NCBI GenBank assembly: GCA_951406725.2
Contig: OX597819.1
Location: 30,566,001 to 30,630,000 of the forward strand
Direction of reading: 5' to 3'
From: Octopus vulgaris
Taxonomy: Eukaryota
DNA length: 64,000 nucleotides
Below the pieces are notes generated by a model. It made no database searches. It had not been told where the DNA came from and saw only the letters and a list, made by a program, of their open reading frames with translations. The first letter of the stretch is position 1; the number at the start of each line of letters is the position of its first letter. The translations under genes were made by a program, and so were the position numbers. Shown here piece after piece: positions 16,275 through 28,920 of this stretch.

Positions 16275-16332
16275 TGTATATATAAAAATTAAAAATTGTA
16301 TAATACAGCAGCATTTTCGAACTTCATTTTTT

Positions 16333-16382
<50 letters not shown>

Positions 16383-16420
16383 GCATATACATATACATAT
16401 ACATATACATATATATACAG

Positions 16421-16456
<36 letters not shown>

Positions 16457-16457
<1 letters not shown>

Positions 16458-16846
16458 CGCAGGAGTGGCTGTGTGGTAAGTAGCTTGTTTACCAACCGCA
16501 TGGTTTCGGGTTCAGTCCCACTGCGTGGTACCTTGGGCAAGTGTCTTCTACTATAGCCTCGGGCCGACCAAAGCCTTGTAAGTGGATTTGGTAGACGGAA
16601 ACTGAAAGAAGCCTGTCGTATATATGTTTATGTATGTGTGTGTTTGTGTGTCTGTGTTTGTCCCCCTAGCATTGCTTGACAACCGATGTTGGTGTGTTTA
16701 CGTCCCCGTTACTTAGCGGTTCGGCAAAAGAGACCGATAGAATAAGTACTGGGCTTACAAAGAATAAGTCCCGGGGTCGATTTGCTCGACTAAAGGCGGT
16801 GCTCCAGCATGGCCGCAGTCAAATGACTGAAACAAGTAAAAGAGTA
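16457..16846 (+). mobile_element. SINE family A
   Basis: Full head, body and tail as at 7412. Confidence 0.85.
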
Positions 16847-16854
16847 ATATATAT

Positions 16855-17899
16855 TGTTGTGAATGGTCAGGGACACTTCTATGACCTACTTTTCTTGGGA
16901 GTGGAGTCTGGAAGTCTACAGTACAAAATTATAGTCCTTTGTTTACGGAAGAGTAATGGCTTTTGGAAGGACCTTTGGCGCCTTGTGCCGGTCGAGAAGG
17001 GGTCAGAGAGATGTGAGGAAGAAGAAAGTAGTGAGGAAGACAGATTAAGGAATCTGAGAGCTGCCGTGAGAGAGTGACAGCGACAGCGTCGAGGAAGATA
17101 GGCACATAGGACCAAGCGGCGATAGAGAGAATATTAGAGCAGAGAAGGATTGAGGGTAGTGACAGAGCAAGAGGTTTTGAACAGTCGGTATTTGGTCGTC
17201 AAAGCGAGCGGTTGGACTTAGGAGCGAGGATTTGGGATTCGGGGCAAGAGTTTGGCATGTTGGAGTTAGCGGTACTGGGAGAGATGAGGTGCAATATGGG
17301 ACACTGGCTATTCTAGTAGGAATTAAGGTACTTGAATTGTGTATTGATATGTGAAGAAAAAGAAGGAAAAAAGAATCGATGTATCGAAATGTTGAAAAGA
17401 AATGTATAAAGACATTATGTTAACGAAAAGAACAGTGCTAAAGAAATGAAACAGTGAAAAGAATCGAATATTGAACTGTATAGGCCTTTAATGTCCTTTG
17501 AACTGTAACTTTAATGTGTTTTGAAACAGAACTGTGTCTCCGGACGTGTACTCTTGAAATGCTGTTGTTATTGAACTTGATGTGTTGTTACCGGACGGTT
17601 ATATTGTATCTGCATGTTTAAATGCTTTGATCTGTGGTATACCTGTATGATGTATTAAGTTGATGTTTTGATTCTGTTACTTGCTTGTATTTACCTGATG
17701 TATCTTTAAATGTATTTGATGTTGTAACAATTGATTGTCATAAACTAGTTGTTAACGTAGCCAATTGCCCCTTTGTGTCTCTCTCGGTTGCCTCTGTGTC
17801 TTCTTCTTGCTGCTGCTGCTGTTGTATCTCTCTCTCCTCTCCGAGTTTCCGTGGCGAACATTCGCTGATCGACCGAGTGACGGCAGGTGGTCCGTAACA
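16855..17899. mobile_element. Probable solo LTR (about 1.05 kb)
   Basis: Begins TGTTG and ends TAACA, with imperfect terminal inverted repeats. ATAT flanks both sides. No recognisable coding content. Confidence 0.6.
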
Positions 17900-18247
17900 A
17901 TATATATACATACTGTATATATATGTACTGTATATATATGTACAGTATGTGTATCTATATATATACACACACATATATATATACAGTATATATATGTAGG
18001 TGTGTATGTGTGTTTGTGTGTGCGTGTGTGTGCGTGTGTATAAGTGTGGCGTATGTGTATGTGGGTAATTGTAGCCAGCTATAATATATTACAAATTACG
18101 TTGTATACAGTTATTATCTACAACTAGTTCTAACTAAATAACCTTAAAAACCTGACTCATATTGTTGGGTGTGTAAAACTTTGCTAAAAGTTAGCATAAT
18201 GTTCATTTTCCTACTCCGTTTGTTTCCTCTTTTCCCCACTTCACTAT

Positions 18248-18461
18248 ACATACACACACGCACATACATACATACATACATACATACATACATACATACA
18301 TACATACATACATACATACATACATACATACATACATACATACACACACACATACATACATACATATGTACATACATACATACATACATATATACACACA
18401 CCCATACATACATACATACATACATACATACATACATACATACATACATACATACATACAT
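18248..18461. repeat. (CATA)n microsatellite
   Basis: Direct reading. Confidence 0.95.
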
Positions 18462-19665
18462 CAAGTTGATAACATCATAAGACTTGGAAAGCAGCTCCTT
18501 GAGCAGTAATCTTTATCTGATAACCTAGAATACATGCCGAAAGAAGTTGCACAACTCTACCGCAACATATCATCAGATGAAAGGATGAATCTGTATGAGA
18601 TACAAGTCACTGATGTGAAAACTCGAAAAATACTAACAAGCTCAAGTAATCTCCACATAAGCAGTGACGTAGACCGCCTCTACTTAAAACGAAAACAAGA
18701 CGGCAGAGCCCTTTGAATGTCGTATGATATCCCTTCGGCCACATATTTTAACCACCAAGTGTCGAAGTACATCTCTTGGCCAAGTTTGCATACACGAGGC
18801 TGATAACATCATAAAACTTTGAAGGCAGTTCCTTGAGCAATAATCTTTGTCTGATAACCTAGAATACATGCCCAAAGAAGTCGCATGACTCTACTGCAAC
18901 GTATCATCAGATGAAAAGATGAGCCTGTATGAGCAGAAGACTATGCATGGATATGTTACTAGAAAGCTCTGTGATGATAGTAACATCGATCATCAAAGCA
19001 GTTTATCATGGACCAATATCCGGATAATTTCCCTCCCGCTTTGAAGGATATGCGTTAGCAATCCAGAAACAGGAAATATCAACCAAGTACCTGATGCACA
19101 AAAGGGATAGAGATGCGGGACAAGCCGTAAAAAGTGACAACCAATGCAGAATTTGTGGAGCTCACACTGAAGATATCACCCACATCATAAGCAGTTGTCC
19201 AGAAATGTCATCACGGTATTATCTAACGATGAGACATGACGTTGTAGCTAGGACGCTCTATAATGAAATCCGTCGGAAGGATAATCCCGAGGACAAAGAA
19301 ATAAAAACCCACAATATGGTAGAAGCCATAGCCACTCATAATGAAAAGGAATACTGGTGGAATGTACCAGTGAAGACCTCAATAAAATGTAAGCACAACA
19401 GACCTGATATAATGATTTGGGATAGAGAAGAGAAACTGGGCACAGTTGTAGAAATTAGCTGCACAGCAGATATTAACATAAAGCTGAAGAACAGTGAAAA
19501 AGAGAACTATTGAGAAATCTACAGTTACTCTATCCAGATTTCAAGTTCAGGTTTATACCTGTAATTATTGGGACCCTGGGATATGTAACTCACTGCCTAA
19601 ATAGCAATGATGAGAAATGAGGCTTCTCAAAACCAGAAAGGAGAAAGCTAATTCGAAGTCTACAG
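18462..19665 (+). mobile_element. Truncated Dong/R4-like REL-endonuclease LINE abutting (CATA)n
   Basis: VDRLYLKRKQDGRAL, zinc knuckle CRICGAHTEDITHIISSC, RHDVV, and RPDIMIWD..VVEISC (PD..E REL motif). Contains an internal duplication of about 130 bp. Confidence 0.85.
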
Positions 19666-19689
19666 TAAAAGATTTACTTAATAACGTTA

Positions 19690-20060
19690 TTATGATATAC
19701 TTAATAATGTTCTGTTTATCATTTAGGCAGTCATCGTAATTGTTATAATGTCTTGTTGTTGAGATACGCTCTCTTTCTTTCCTGATGAGAAGATTACATT
19801 TTACACCGTTTATTCCTTTGGAATAAAAGCAATGTTGTCTTCGAAACATATGTCGAAAGTAAAAGAATTTTAATAACATCTTCGTTCAACGCCATTTATT
19901 TACTTATACTACACGAATTACTGCACATTAACTCGGAGTTTCTACCTTCGAATAGGTCGCTTCATCAGTGTTACTTGCGTGAATTTTGCTACCCTGGTAA
20001 CTGTTTATTGAATTTTCCATGTTAACGGTAAACAAAGGATAATTCATTCATCCATTTAAA
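19690..20060 (+). mobile_element. Solo PLE pLTR plus tail with intact HHR
   Basis: HHR at 19777-19859. Downstream atcttcgttcaac-ccattt and the tail motif ttttgctacc are shared with the 49365 element. Ends at (TA)n. Confidence 0.7.
19777..19859 (+). ncRNA. Type I hammerhead ribozyme, canonical core
   Basis: ctttc-CTGATGA-gaaga...tcttc-GAAAC-atat-GTC-gaaag. Perfect stems I and II, palindromic ATAT loop III, GUC cleavage triplet. Confidence 0.9.
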
Positions 20061-20302
20061 TATATATGTATATATATTGAGAAAAATAGCCGTCAGAATT
20101 TTGGAAAAAATCTTTTTATTTCTTCATTATTATTAGCGCTTTCATTCGTTTCTCGAACTTGTCAAATATATAAAACAGATGTTGGGGGGAATTGTTTAGA
20201 AGAGAACATAGTTTTATTTTTGTTTTTTTTTTGTTTTTTTGGGAGGGGTGCAGTTCCATAACAATGAAAATGCATAGATGGAAATATAGGTAGCTAGATA
20301 GG

Positions 20303-20433
<131 letters not shown>

Positions 20434-20660
20434 GTAGAGGGAGTATTTCAAAGGTCGGTGTATATATATGTTCATTCAATACATATTATCGAAATTATCC
20501 ATAATATACAATATACATAGAAGCATTCACATATGTATACACACACACACACACTATATATATATATATTTATGCATACATACATATATACATATATATA
20601 CATATAAATCTATATATATACAAGTATAGATATATACATATATGTATCTACACATATACA

Positions 20661-20693
<33 letters not shown>

Positions 20694-20697
<4 letters not shown>

Positions 20698-21159
20698 AGG
20701 AAAAATTTTTTTTAAAATGCAGAATGCTCAAATGAAAGAAAATTTTAATAAAATGAGAAAATGATAAAATATATAAATATATATATTTATTCAACCGGTT
20801 TTCGTCAATGTATGACTTGTCAAGAATATTTATGTTTTAAGAAGTTTTTTAAAAATTAGAAAGGGGAAAAAAAGAAAATTGCAATGTTTTTTGTAAAAGA
20901 ATAATGATAAAAATGTACAAAAATTAAAAAATAAGTTCTCCGATACATTGTGAGTTCGTTGTGTATCTTGAGTTTTATGGTTGTTTACCAAAAAATTACC
21001 TTGAGGTGTTAAGATCCAAAGGGATTAAGAGCATGTGATGTGTTGTGTTGTTAAATTCAGCATGTTGCAGGACAGGAAGTAGTAGTAATTTTTAAAAAAA
21101 AATTTTTCCTTACTTATCATTTCTCCACGTGCGGTCAACACAACCCCACCATTTATTGA

Positions 21160-21160
<1 letters not shown>
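20694..21160 (-). mobile_element. Short HHR-bearing foldback insert in (TA)n (PLE pLTR-like)
   Basis: agtaaggaaaaattttttttaaaa at the left end is inverted at about 21089-21115. HHR at 20788-20828. Confidence 0.6.
20788..20828 (-). ncRNA. Minimal hammerhead ribozyme, U3-A8 covariant core
   Basis: Minus strand reads tattc-TTGACAA-gtca-tacat-tgac-GAAAA-ccgg-TT-gaata. Perfect stems I and II, palindrome AACCGGTT. Confidence 0.75.
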
Positions 21161-21225
<65 letters not shown>

Positions 21226-21318
21226 CACACACACAAACATATGTGCAGATGTATATACACACACATATATATATACATGCAGATATCTATACACACACAA
21301 GCATATATATATACATAC

Positions 21319-21372
<54 letters not shown>

Positions 21373-21397
21373 ATGTATGTATATATATATGTATATA

Positions 21398-21433
<36 letters not shown>

Positions 21434-21564
21434 TGTATGTATGTATGTATGTATGTATATATGTATGTATGTAAGTATGTATGTGTGAGTGTGTGTATGT
21501 ATGCCTGTACGTATGTATGTATGCATGTATATATGTTAGATATATATGTAAGATAATAATTTAA

Positions 21565-21894
21565 CTTGAATCGTTTCAGTTTTAATACTGAAACTGTTAA
21601 ACTGAAAGTATATCACATTACAACAGAGAGATGTTATTGTTTCACTTTTGAAACGTAATACTGAAATAGTGTAAAAGATAAGCGATTGCCCCGGGCTCGC
21701 ATTAAGCAAGAAGTTGAAAATTTATTTGGTGCGTGACACTGTGTGGACCCTAAATAAGGTATATGTAAAATTTGAATGAAATCAGTTCTCGAGTTTTAGG
21801 GATTCACACAGACAGACAGCCAGACAGACAGCCAGACAGACTTTCTCTCACACACACACACACACGCACACATTCTTAGTTTTATATATTAAGA
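21565..21894 (-). mobile_element. Helitron-like element 5' portion (second family)
   Basis: Minus strand starts TCTTAATATATAAAA followed by (TG)n and (TGTC)n, like the other Helitron 5' ends. No clear 3' CTAG end. Confidence 0.5.
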
Positions 21895-21954
21895 TATACA
21901 CGCTCACACAAGACCTGCCTTAGACCCCTCACAGGTCGTGTGTGAGCGTGTATA

Positions 21955-22349
21955 TCTTTATATATAAAAGTGAGGTTGTGTGCTGTCTGTCTCCTACGAT
22001 TTAGATTCCTAACTACTCCCACATTTTGCGGTGCAATTTAACCAAAACCGGGTATCTTATAGTCGTGATTCATATCGAGTCCTTCTTGGTATTAGCGCGC
22101 GTCTACGATGAGTCTACGATTTTAAAAAAAATTACCATCAATTTTTCCCATTTTTAATGCATTTTTGGCATATATAAGGGAAGTAACTCTCTAAAAATTT
22201 ATTATTAAATCTCAGAACGTAAAAAGCTACAGTAACACCCCCCCCTTGTGGTTAGCCATATTGAGATGGCTATTATACTTTACATCTCTAAAAATGCTTA
22301 TATAGTTATTTCCCTTACAAACCCGAGCAACGTCGGGCGATACTGCTAG
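21955..22349 (+). mobile_element. Non-autonomous Helitron
   Basis: TC...hairpin cccgagcaacgtcggg...CTAG, inserted at an A|T site. Confidence 0.85.
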
Positions 22350-22508
22350 TGTTAAATAAAATAAGTGCTTGTATTAAAAAAAGCGGGTATGCCTTGATCA
22401 TGTGTACCAGCTTCGCTATTTGTTTTAGACGTCTATACAGTCATAGACACTCTCCCAGTCCACTCACCCTTTACCCAGGGGAACATCGAAGATGTGACAA
22501 CTGGAAAG

Positions 22509-22548
<40 letters not shown>

Positions 22549-22743
22549 AGAAGGGGTGATATGTATACTACTAAAAAGCATTGAGTAGCGCTTCAGTCTA
22601 ATGTTAAATCGCTTTTATATATAATCTGATATTAAAACAAGCAGTAATGTGTGTGTACGTCGGTGCGCGTGTGTATTTATGTTTTATACACACGCACGCA
22701 CACATACAAGTATATATATATTATATATATACTTATATATATA

Positions 22744-22904
22744 AGGCGTAGGAGTGGCTGTGTGATAAGTAGCTTGTTTACCAACCACATGGTTCCGGGT
22801 TCAGTCCCACTGTGTGGCACCTTGGGCAAGTGTCTTCTACTATAGCCTCGGGCCGACCAAAGTGAGTGGATTTGGTAGACGGAAACTGAAAGAAGCCCGT
22901 CGTA

Positions 22905-22949
<45 letters not shown>

Positions 22950-23016
22950 ATTCGAGACAAAACCACTATTTTAAAACCAAACAAGGAAAGACTTAATCAA
23001 TACATAAAATTTTAAT

Positions 23017-23068
<52 letters not shown>

Positions 23069-23235
23069 TGTGTGTGTTTGTGTGTCTGTCTTTGTCCTCC
23101 TAGCATTGCTTGACAACCGATGCTGGTGTGCTTACTTAGCGGTACTTACAAAAGTACTGGGCTTACAAAAGAATAAGTCCCGGGGTCGAGTTGCTCGATT
23201 AAAGGTGGTGACAAGTAAAAGAGAGTAAAAGAGAG
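22744..23235 (+). mobile_element. SINE family A with a small insert in its internal (TA)n
   Basis: Head, body and tail are recognisable. About 80 bp of foreign sequence at 22945-23022. Confidence 0.8.
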
Positions 23236-23604
23236 GTACATACATATACACACTCGCACGCTCTCTCTCTCTCACACACACACATGCACATAGGTATATA
23301 ATATGTAAATGTAAGATACAAAGATCAAGGTGTAACAAATTAGGAAGCTTCGGGCACTCCGTAGAAAGTATAAAAAATTAAACAACTTTCTGGAACAATA
23401 GTAGTTTATTGGCTTAGAAGGTTGTAGGTTTTGCCCATATCGAAGTTCGATAAGCTGAAAAAGGTTATTTTATAGTTCACGATTAGCAACCAGGGCTGCT
23501 ATGTACGCGAATAAAAATCCAAACTGAGAAATTGGAGCAGGTAAAATCCAGGCTACATATGTTTCCAAGTTAATATATATATATTACTTATTTCAAGTAT
23601 CGGA

Positions 23605-23845
23605 ATGCGGCCATGCTGGAGCACCGCCTTGAAGGGTTTTTTTTTAGCCAAACGAAATCAACTGCAGAACTTACCTATCTTTAAATCCAGCTACTTCTTC
23701 GTAAGCAAACGTAAGCAAACCAACACCGATTGTCAAGCGGTGTTGCAGGACAAACAGAAACACAAAGGTACATATACGTAGATACACACACACACACACA
23801 TACACACATACTCGCACGCACGCACACGCACACACTCTCACACAA

Positions 23846-23933
<88 letters not shown>

Positions 23934-25010
23934 ATGTATATAGATATGTATGTATGTGTATATATATATATATATAATGGGTCATCCCATAAATAATGCA
24001 GTTTTTTCAATTGCATGAACTAAAAGTCGATAGGGACGGGATAAACTACCTGCATCAACTTGTCATAAAATCAGGAAGTAATTTATCTTGTACTTATTCT
24101 TAGTGCAAGTTTTGAAGAGTGCAGTTCGATTTTAACAGCTATTTTTTCAAAGCTATAATGGAAGGGACAAAGGAGCATATTCCGCATATTTTGCTTTATG
24201 AGTTCAATAAAGGCAACAACGCAATGGAAAGTGCGAGGAATATTAATGCAGTATATGGAGATCGAATAATAAGCGTAAGCCAGTGTCAACGTTGGTTCCA
24301 AAAATTCCGAGCCGGAAACTACAGCCTAGAAAACGAGCCTCGTCCTGGAAGAGCTGTAGAGCTTGAGGAGGACGTCCTGCAAACCCTGGTGGAACAAAAT
24401 GTCATCGTAACTGTTGAGAAACTAGCAAAGAAGCCTGGATTTAGGTCATTCAACCATTCATCGACACCTGCGTACCATCCGAAAACGACCATCTTTGGTT
24501 CAAGACAAAAGGTGTTCTTCCATCAGGATAATGCTCGGCCACATACAGCGAGAATGACATTGCCCCATCTGATTATCATTTATTCCGCAGTCTTTAAAAT
24601 CATTTGGGCGGAAAAAATATGAATTCTGTAGATGAGGTCATAACAGTACTGGAGGAGTATTTTTCATTATGGACAAGTGAATTTCAGAAGAGGGGCCTTG
24701 TAAGTCTACCAGATAGATGGAAGAGCATTGTAGAAAATGAAGGAGAGTATATTTTAAATTAAAAAAGAACTTCGTTTATCTTAATTTTGGAAAATAAAAG
24801 AAGTATAAAAAGGCCTATAACATATACACACATACACGCACACGCATGCATACGCACAAACACGCACACACATAATGGGCTTCTTTCAGTTTCTGTTTAC
24901 CACATCTACTCATAAGGCTTTTGTCGGCTCAGGGCTATAAGAGAAAACACTTACCCATGGTGCCCCACAGTGGGACTGAACCCGGAACCATGTGTTTGGG
25001 AGAGAAACTT
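23605..25010 (-). mobile_element. SINE family A-like copy split by a mariner insertion
   Basis: 3' half at 23605-23770 and 5' half at 24875-25010. Confidence 0.6.
23976..24810 (+). mobile_element. Internally deleted mariner transposon
   Basis: MEGTKEHIPHILLYEFNKG...QRWFQKFRAGNYSLENEPRPGR (Mos1-type HTH) and FFHQDNARPHTA. Inserted at TA. Confidence 0.85.
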
Positions 25011-25041
25011 TTTATCATACATAATTGTTTTACAGTTATTA

Positions 25042-25364
25042 AAGACTCCGCCGGTTACGACGACGAGGGTCCCAGCTGGTACGATCAACGGAACAGCTTG
25101 CTCGTGAAATTAACGTGCAAATGGCTGAGCATTCCACAGACACGTGTACCCTTAACGTAGTTCTCGGGGATAATCAGCGTGACACAGAGAGTGACAAGGC
25201 TGACCCTTTGAAATACAAGTACAACTCATTTTTGCCAGCTGAGTGGACTGGAGCAACGTGAAATAAAGTGTCTTGCTCAAGGACACAACGCGTCGCCGGG
25301 AATCGAACTCACAACCTTACGATCATGAGCCGAATGCCCTAACCACTAAGCCACGCGCCCTCAC
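25042..25364 (-). mobile_element. tRNA-derived SINE (family C, V/Meta-like domain)
   Basis: Minus strand head gggcgcgtggcttagtggttagg, B-box gagttcgattcc, and gttgtgtccttgagcaagacac. 13-bp TSD tttacagttatta at 25029-25041 and 25365-25377. Confidence 0.85.
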
Positions 25365-26168
25365 TTTACAGTTATTATACCCATGCTATAACCCTGAATG
25401 TAACGTGTTTATTCTAAGCTTGGAAAAAGGTGGGTGGAAAAAATAACAATCCAAGAGAAAAATTGAGGGAAACTCCCTTTAGGAATTGGGTTAAAATACA
25501 AACGAAAGATAAGTATGATTAAACCTGAACTTAACTCTACTTTCTCTTTCTCCTCTCTTTCTTTTCTGCTTCATACGAATATAGGTACGTAAATAAATAT
25601 GCAACAAGCCCTTAATGAAATACGAGTGTTAGGAAAGAGTATCATTAAAAGTTCACAGTAGTGGAGGTGGTTACATTTAGAAGTCACATCTGTAAGTGAG
25701 GGAGACGAGAGGAACTTAGCAGCAGTTGCCGTCCTACTTCTCTGAATCTACGTAACTTCCCCCACATTTTATTGGCCTCATTTCTTAACTAGGATGCTGT
25801 AAATGCATATTTTCCAAAGAAAGGAGCGTTGCCCTTTTACTACATAATCGTCAGTGTTTGGGTGACACCACCTTCTTTCATTGTGTGCGCGTACGCATGC
25901 GATCTTACGAGCGTAGCATAAATGTTTCGTAATAATAATTACACAGTTGAACAATTTTATTTTGGAGTGCCATCATAATAGGGAAACCAGCAAGGTGTAT
26001 CGACGAAACATCATATTATATAAAAGAGATATCAACATATATATACACACACATGTATGTGTGTGTGTGTGTATAAAAAGATACATGCGAATATATGTAA
26101 GAAGCGTATACGAGTGTATGTATATAAAACACCGTATACACTACCTTGTTGGCGGATGATTGAAAGAC

Positions 26169-26940
26169 TATGTATGTATGTATGTATGTATGTATGTATG
26201 TATGTATGTATGTATGTATGTATGTATGCATGCATGTATGTATGTATGGATGGATGCATGTATGTATGTATGCATGCATGCATGCATGCATGTATGTATG
26301 TATGTTTGTATGTATATATGTCTATATGTATGTAGTTATGTATGTATGCATGTATGGATGTATGTATGTATGTATGTATGCATGCATGCATGTATGTATG
26401 TATGTCTGTATGTATGTATGTATGTATGTATGTATGCATGTACGCATGTATGTATGTATGTATGTATGTATGTATGTATGTATGCATGTACGCATGTATG
26501 TATGAATGTATGTATGTATGTATGTATGTATGAATGTATGTATGTATGCATGCATGTATGTATGTATGTATGCATGCATGCATGCATGTATGTATGTATG
26601 TATGTATGTATGTATGTATTTATGTATGTATGTATGTATGTATGTATGAATGAATGTATGTATGTATGTATGTATGTATGTATGAATGTATGTATGTATG
26701 TATGTATGTATGTATGTATGTATGTATGTATGTATGAATGTATGTATGTATGAATGTATGTATGTATATATGTATGTATGTGTGTATGTATGCATGTATG
26801 TATGAATGTATGTATGTATGGATGCATGTATGTATGTTTGTATATATGTATGTATGTATGCATGCATGTATGTATGTATGTATGTATGTATGTATGTATG
26901 TATGTATGTATGTATGTATGTATGTATGTATGTATGTATG
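26169..26940. repeat. Long (TATG)n microsatellite with CATG and AATG variants
   Basis: Direct reading. Confidence 0.95.
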
Positions 26941-27767
26941 TGTGTGTGCTTGGAAGTGGGGATATACCTTCTAACTTATTTTTCTATATGTTTCAAAAAA
27001 TATATAAAAGCTAGCCTGTAATAAATTAACTTTAAATAGGAGCTGATTGGAGTGTAGAATGGGGCCAATTGTTTTGTCACGAAGGACATAGGGTAATTCA
27101 GATCCTTCAAAGAAACAAAGAAACAAAGAAACTGTTGATAAGTACAGAACTGGCCGGTCTTCATCACTTTATCACTTTATTATCTCTAAACACTCAATTT
27201 TATTTTTCATTTTGCTTTGCACTTTCTTCCTTATCATCTGGCCATGAAGATAGTATTATGGTTTATAGTCATCTTGACTCCCTTCCCCCACCGTCAACCT
27301 TTTTCTCTATATTTCTGTATTTTGTATTTTGAATATTGTCGTATTTTGTCTGTCACTATATTTCTGTGTTTAGTTTTGTCTGTAAACTGCTGAAAATAAC
27401 ACTGCTCTGGGTATGCAATTTCACACACAGTGGAATGAGAGTAGGTTCTTACGAAGGACTTATCTAAACATTCATTCCAAAAGGACAATCTGCGGTTATT
27501 CACTAATAGACAGGGTTTCTACACAACATCCCACCAATGTAATACGAGTACGAAAATGTGTCGAAACAATTGTAGTGATTTTAAATAAAGAAAGACGTTC
27601 ATTCCATTTTCTATCATCTATCTTGTATATAAAGTCTACGGCTAGTATGGAATTCCTGATGTATATCCATTTGCAAAAGCATTTTCACTGTATGATGACA
27701 CGACGTAACCAAAGGCTGTGGACGAGCTTGGCATAGCATGCTACAAGGTTTCTACCCGAATCTTATT

Positions 27768-27842
<75 letters not shown>

Positions 27843-27877
27843 TGTGTGTATGTATATGTATATGTATATATATCTGT

Positions 27878-27934
<57 letters not shown>

Positions 27935-27938
<4 letters not shown>

Positions 27939-28641
27939 AATGAGATAGGGGTTGAAAATTCAACCCACCATGGGATAATATATATCCAATATACTGCCAG
28001 ATAGGTACCCAACAAGATTAATACATAGATGTTAAAAATTGTCAAACAATCAGTTCATCTAATGTATTATATGGGTAAAGGTAATAATATTACCGTAAAT
28101 TAATACTACAAAATTAGAGAATGGAGAAACATACTTAACTCAATAAAACATCAACTATCCGATGATACCCAATCAATACTTTAATACACCATTACATATG
28201 AGTAGAGGCATTATACAAAAAGAGATATACATTAATAGTAAAAAGATAAAGAGATATAAGTAAAAAATTTTAAAATTTTAAAATTTTAAATATAATATGC
28301 AATTAATCAAAACTGACAGCTGTTTCGGCAGTGAGGGCAGTCATACCTCATTTAACCTATAAGCCATAAAGGCAGGTATAAATGAGGCATTAACAAGGAT
28401 GCCCCACGGCCTCTTCAGAGAATTAAATTAAATTTGTTATAATTGTGAAAAATATTATATAATCATATACATATAAATATAAAAATATACTTATATCTCT
28501 TTATCTTTTTACTATTAATGTATATCTCTTTTTGTATAATGCCTCTACTCATATGTAATGGTGTATTAAAGTATTGATTGGGTATCATCGGATAGTTGAT
28601 GTTTTATTGATTTAAGTATGTTTCTCCATTCTCTAATTTTG

Positions 28642-28643
<2 letters not shown>
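27935..28643 (-). mobile_element. Non-coding Naiad pLTR derivative with tail, HHR and inverted end, in (TA)n
   Basis: 28104-28487 is near-identical to 59452-59835, the 3' end of the Naiad element. About 28488-28643 is an inverted copy of 28107-28262. Confidence 0.85.
28313..28420 (-). ncRNA. Type I hammerhead ribozyme with about 85-nt extended stem II
   Basis: Minus strand reads ct-CTGAAGA-ggccgtggggca...tgccctcactgcc-GAAAC-agct-GTC-ag. Confidence 0.85.
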
Positions 28644-28712
<69 letters not shown>

Positions 28713-28815
28713 TATGTATATATATATAGTGGCAATTTACAAAAAATAAAACAAAAGACGTGTGTGTAAATGAACAAACAGATGTATTAGTTTAACGCTC
28801 GGGAAGTGAGAAACT

Positions 28816-28851
28816 CTTTTACGTTTCGAGCCTACGTTCTTCGACAGAAAG
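28816..28851 (-). ncRNA. Minimal hammerhead-like motif with mutated core
   Basis: Minus strand reads cttt-CTGTCGAA-gaac-gtag-gctc-GAAA-cg-TA-aaag. A6>T plus one stem II mismatch. Confidence 0.55.
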
Positions 28852-28920
28852 GAACACAGAAATAAACAGGGAGAGAAAATAGAAAAAGGTTTAGTCACAA
28901 GCGATGTATGTAAATGTATG

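Noticed and set aside
19925-19975. Second hammerhead on the minus strand (CTGATGA...GAAAC)
   Set aside because: Stem II register and stem I are poor, and the region corresponds to the tail of the + strand element.
26016-27021. YVCM, HTYI and IYIY ORFs here and throughout the window
   Set aside because: They are translations of (TATG)n and (TA)n microsatellites.
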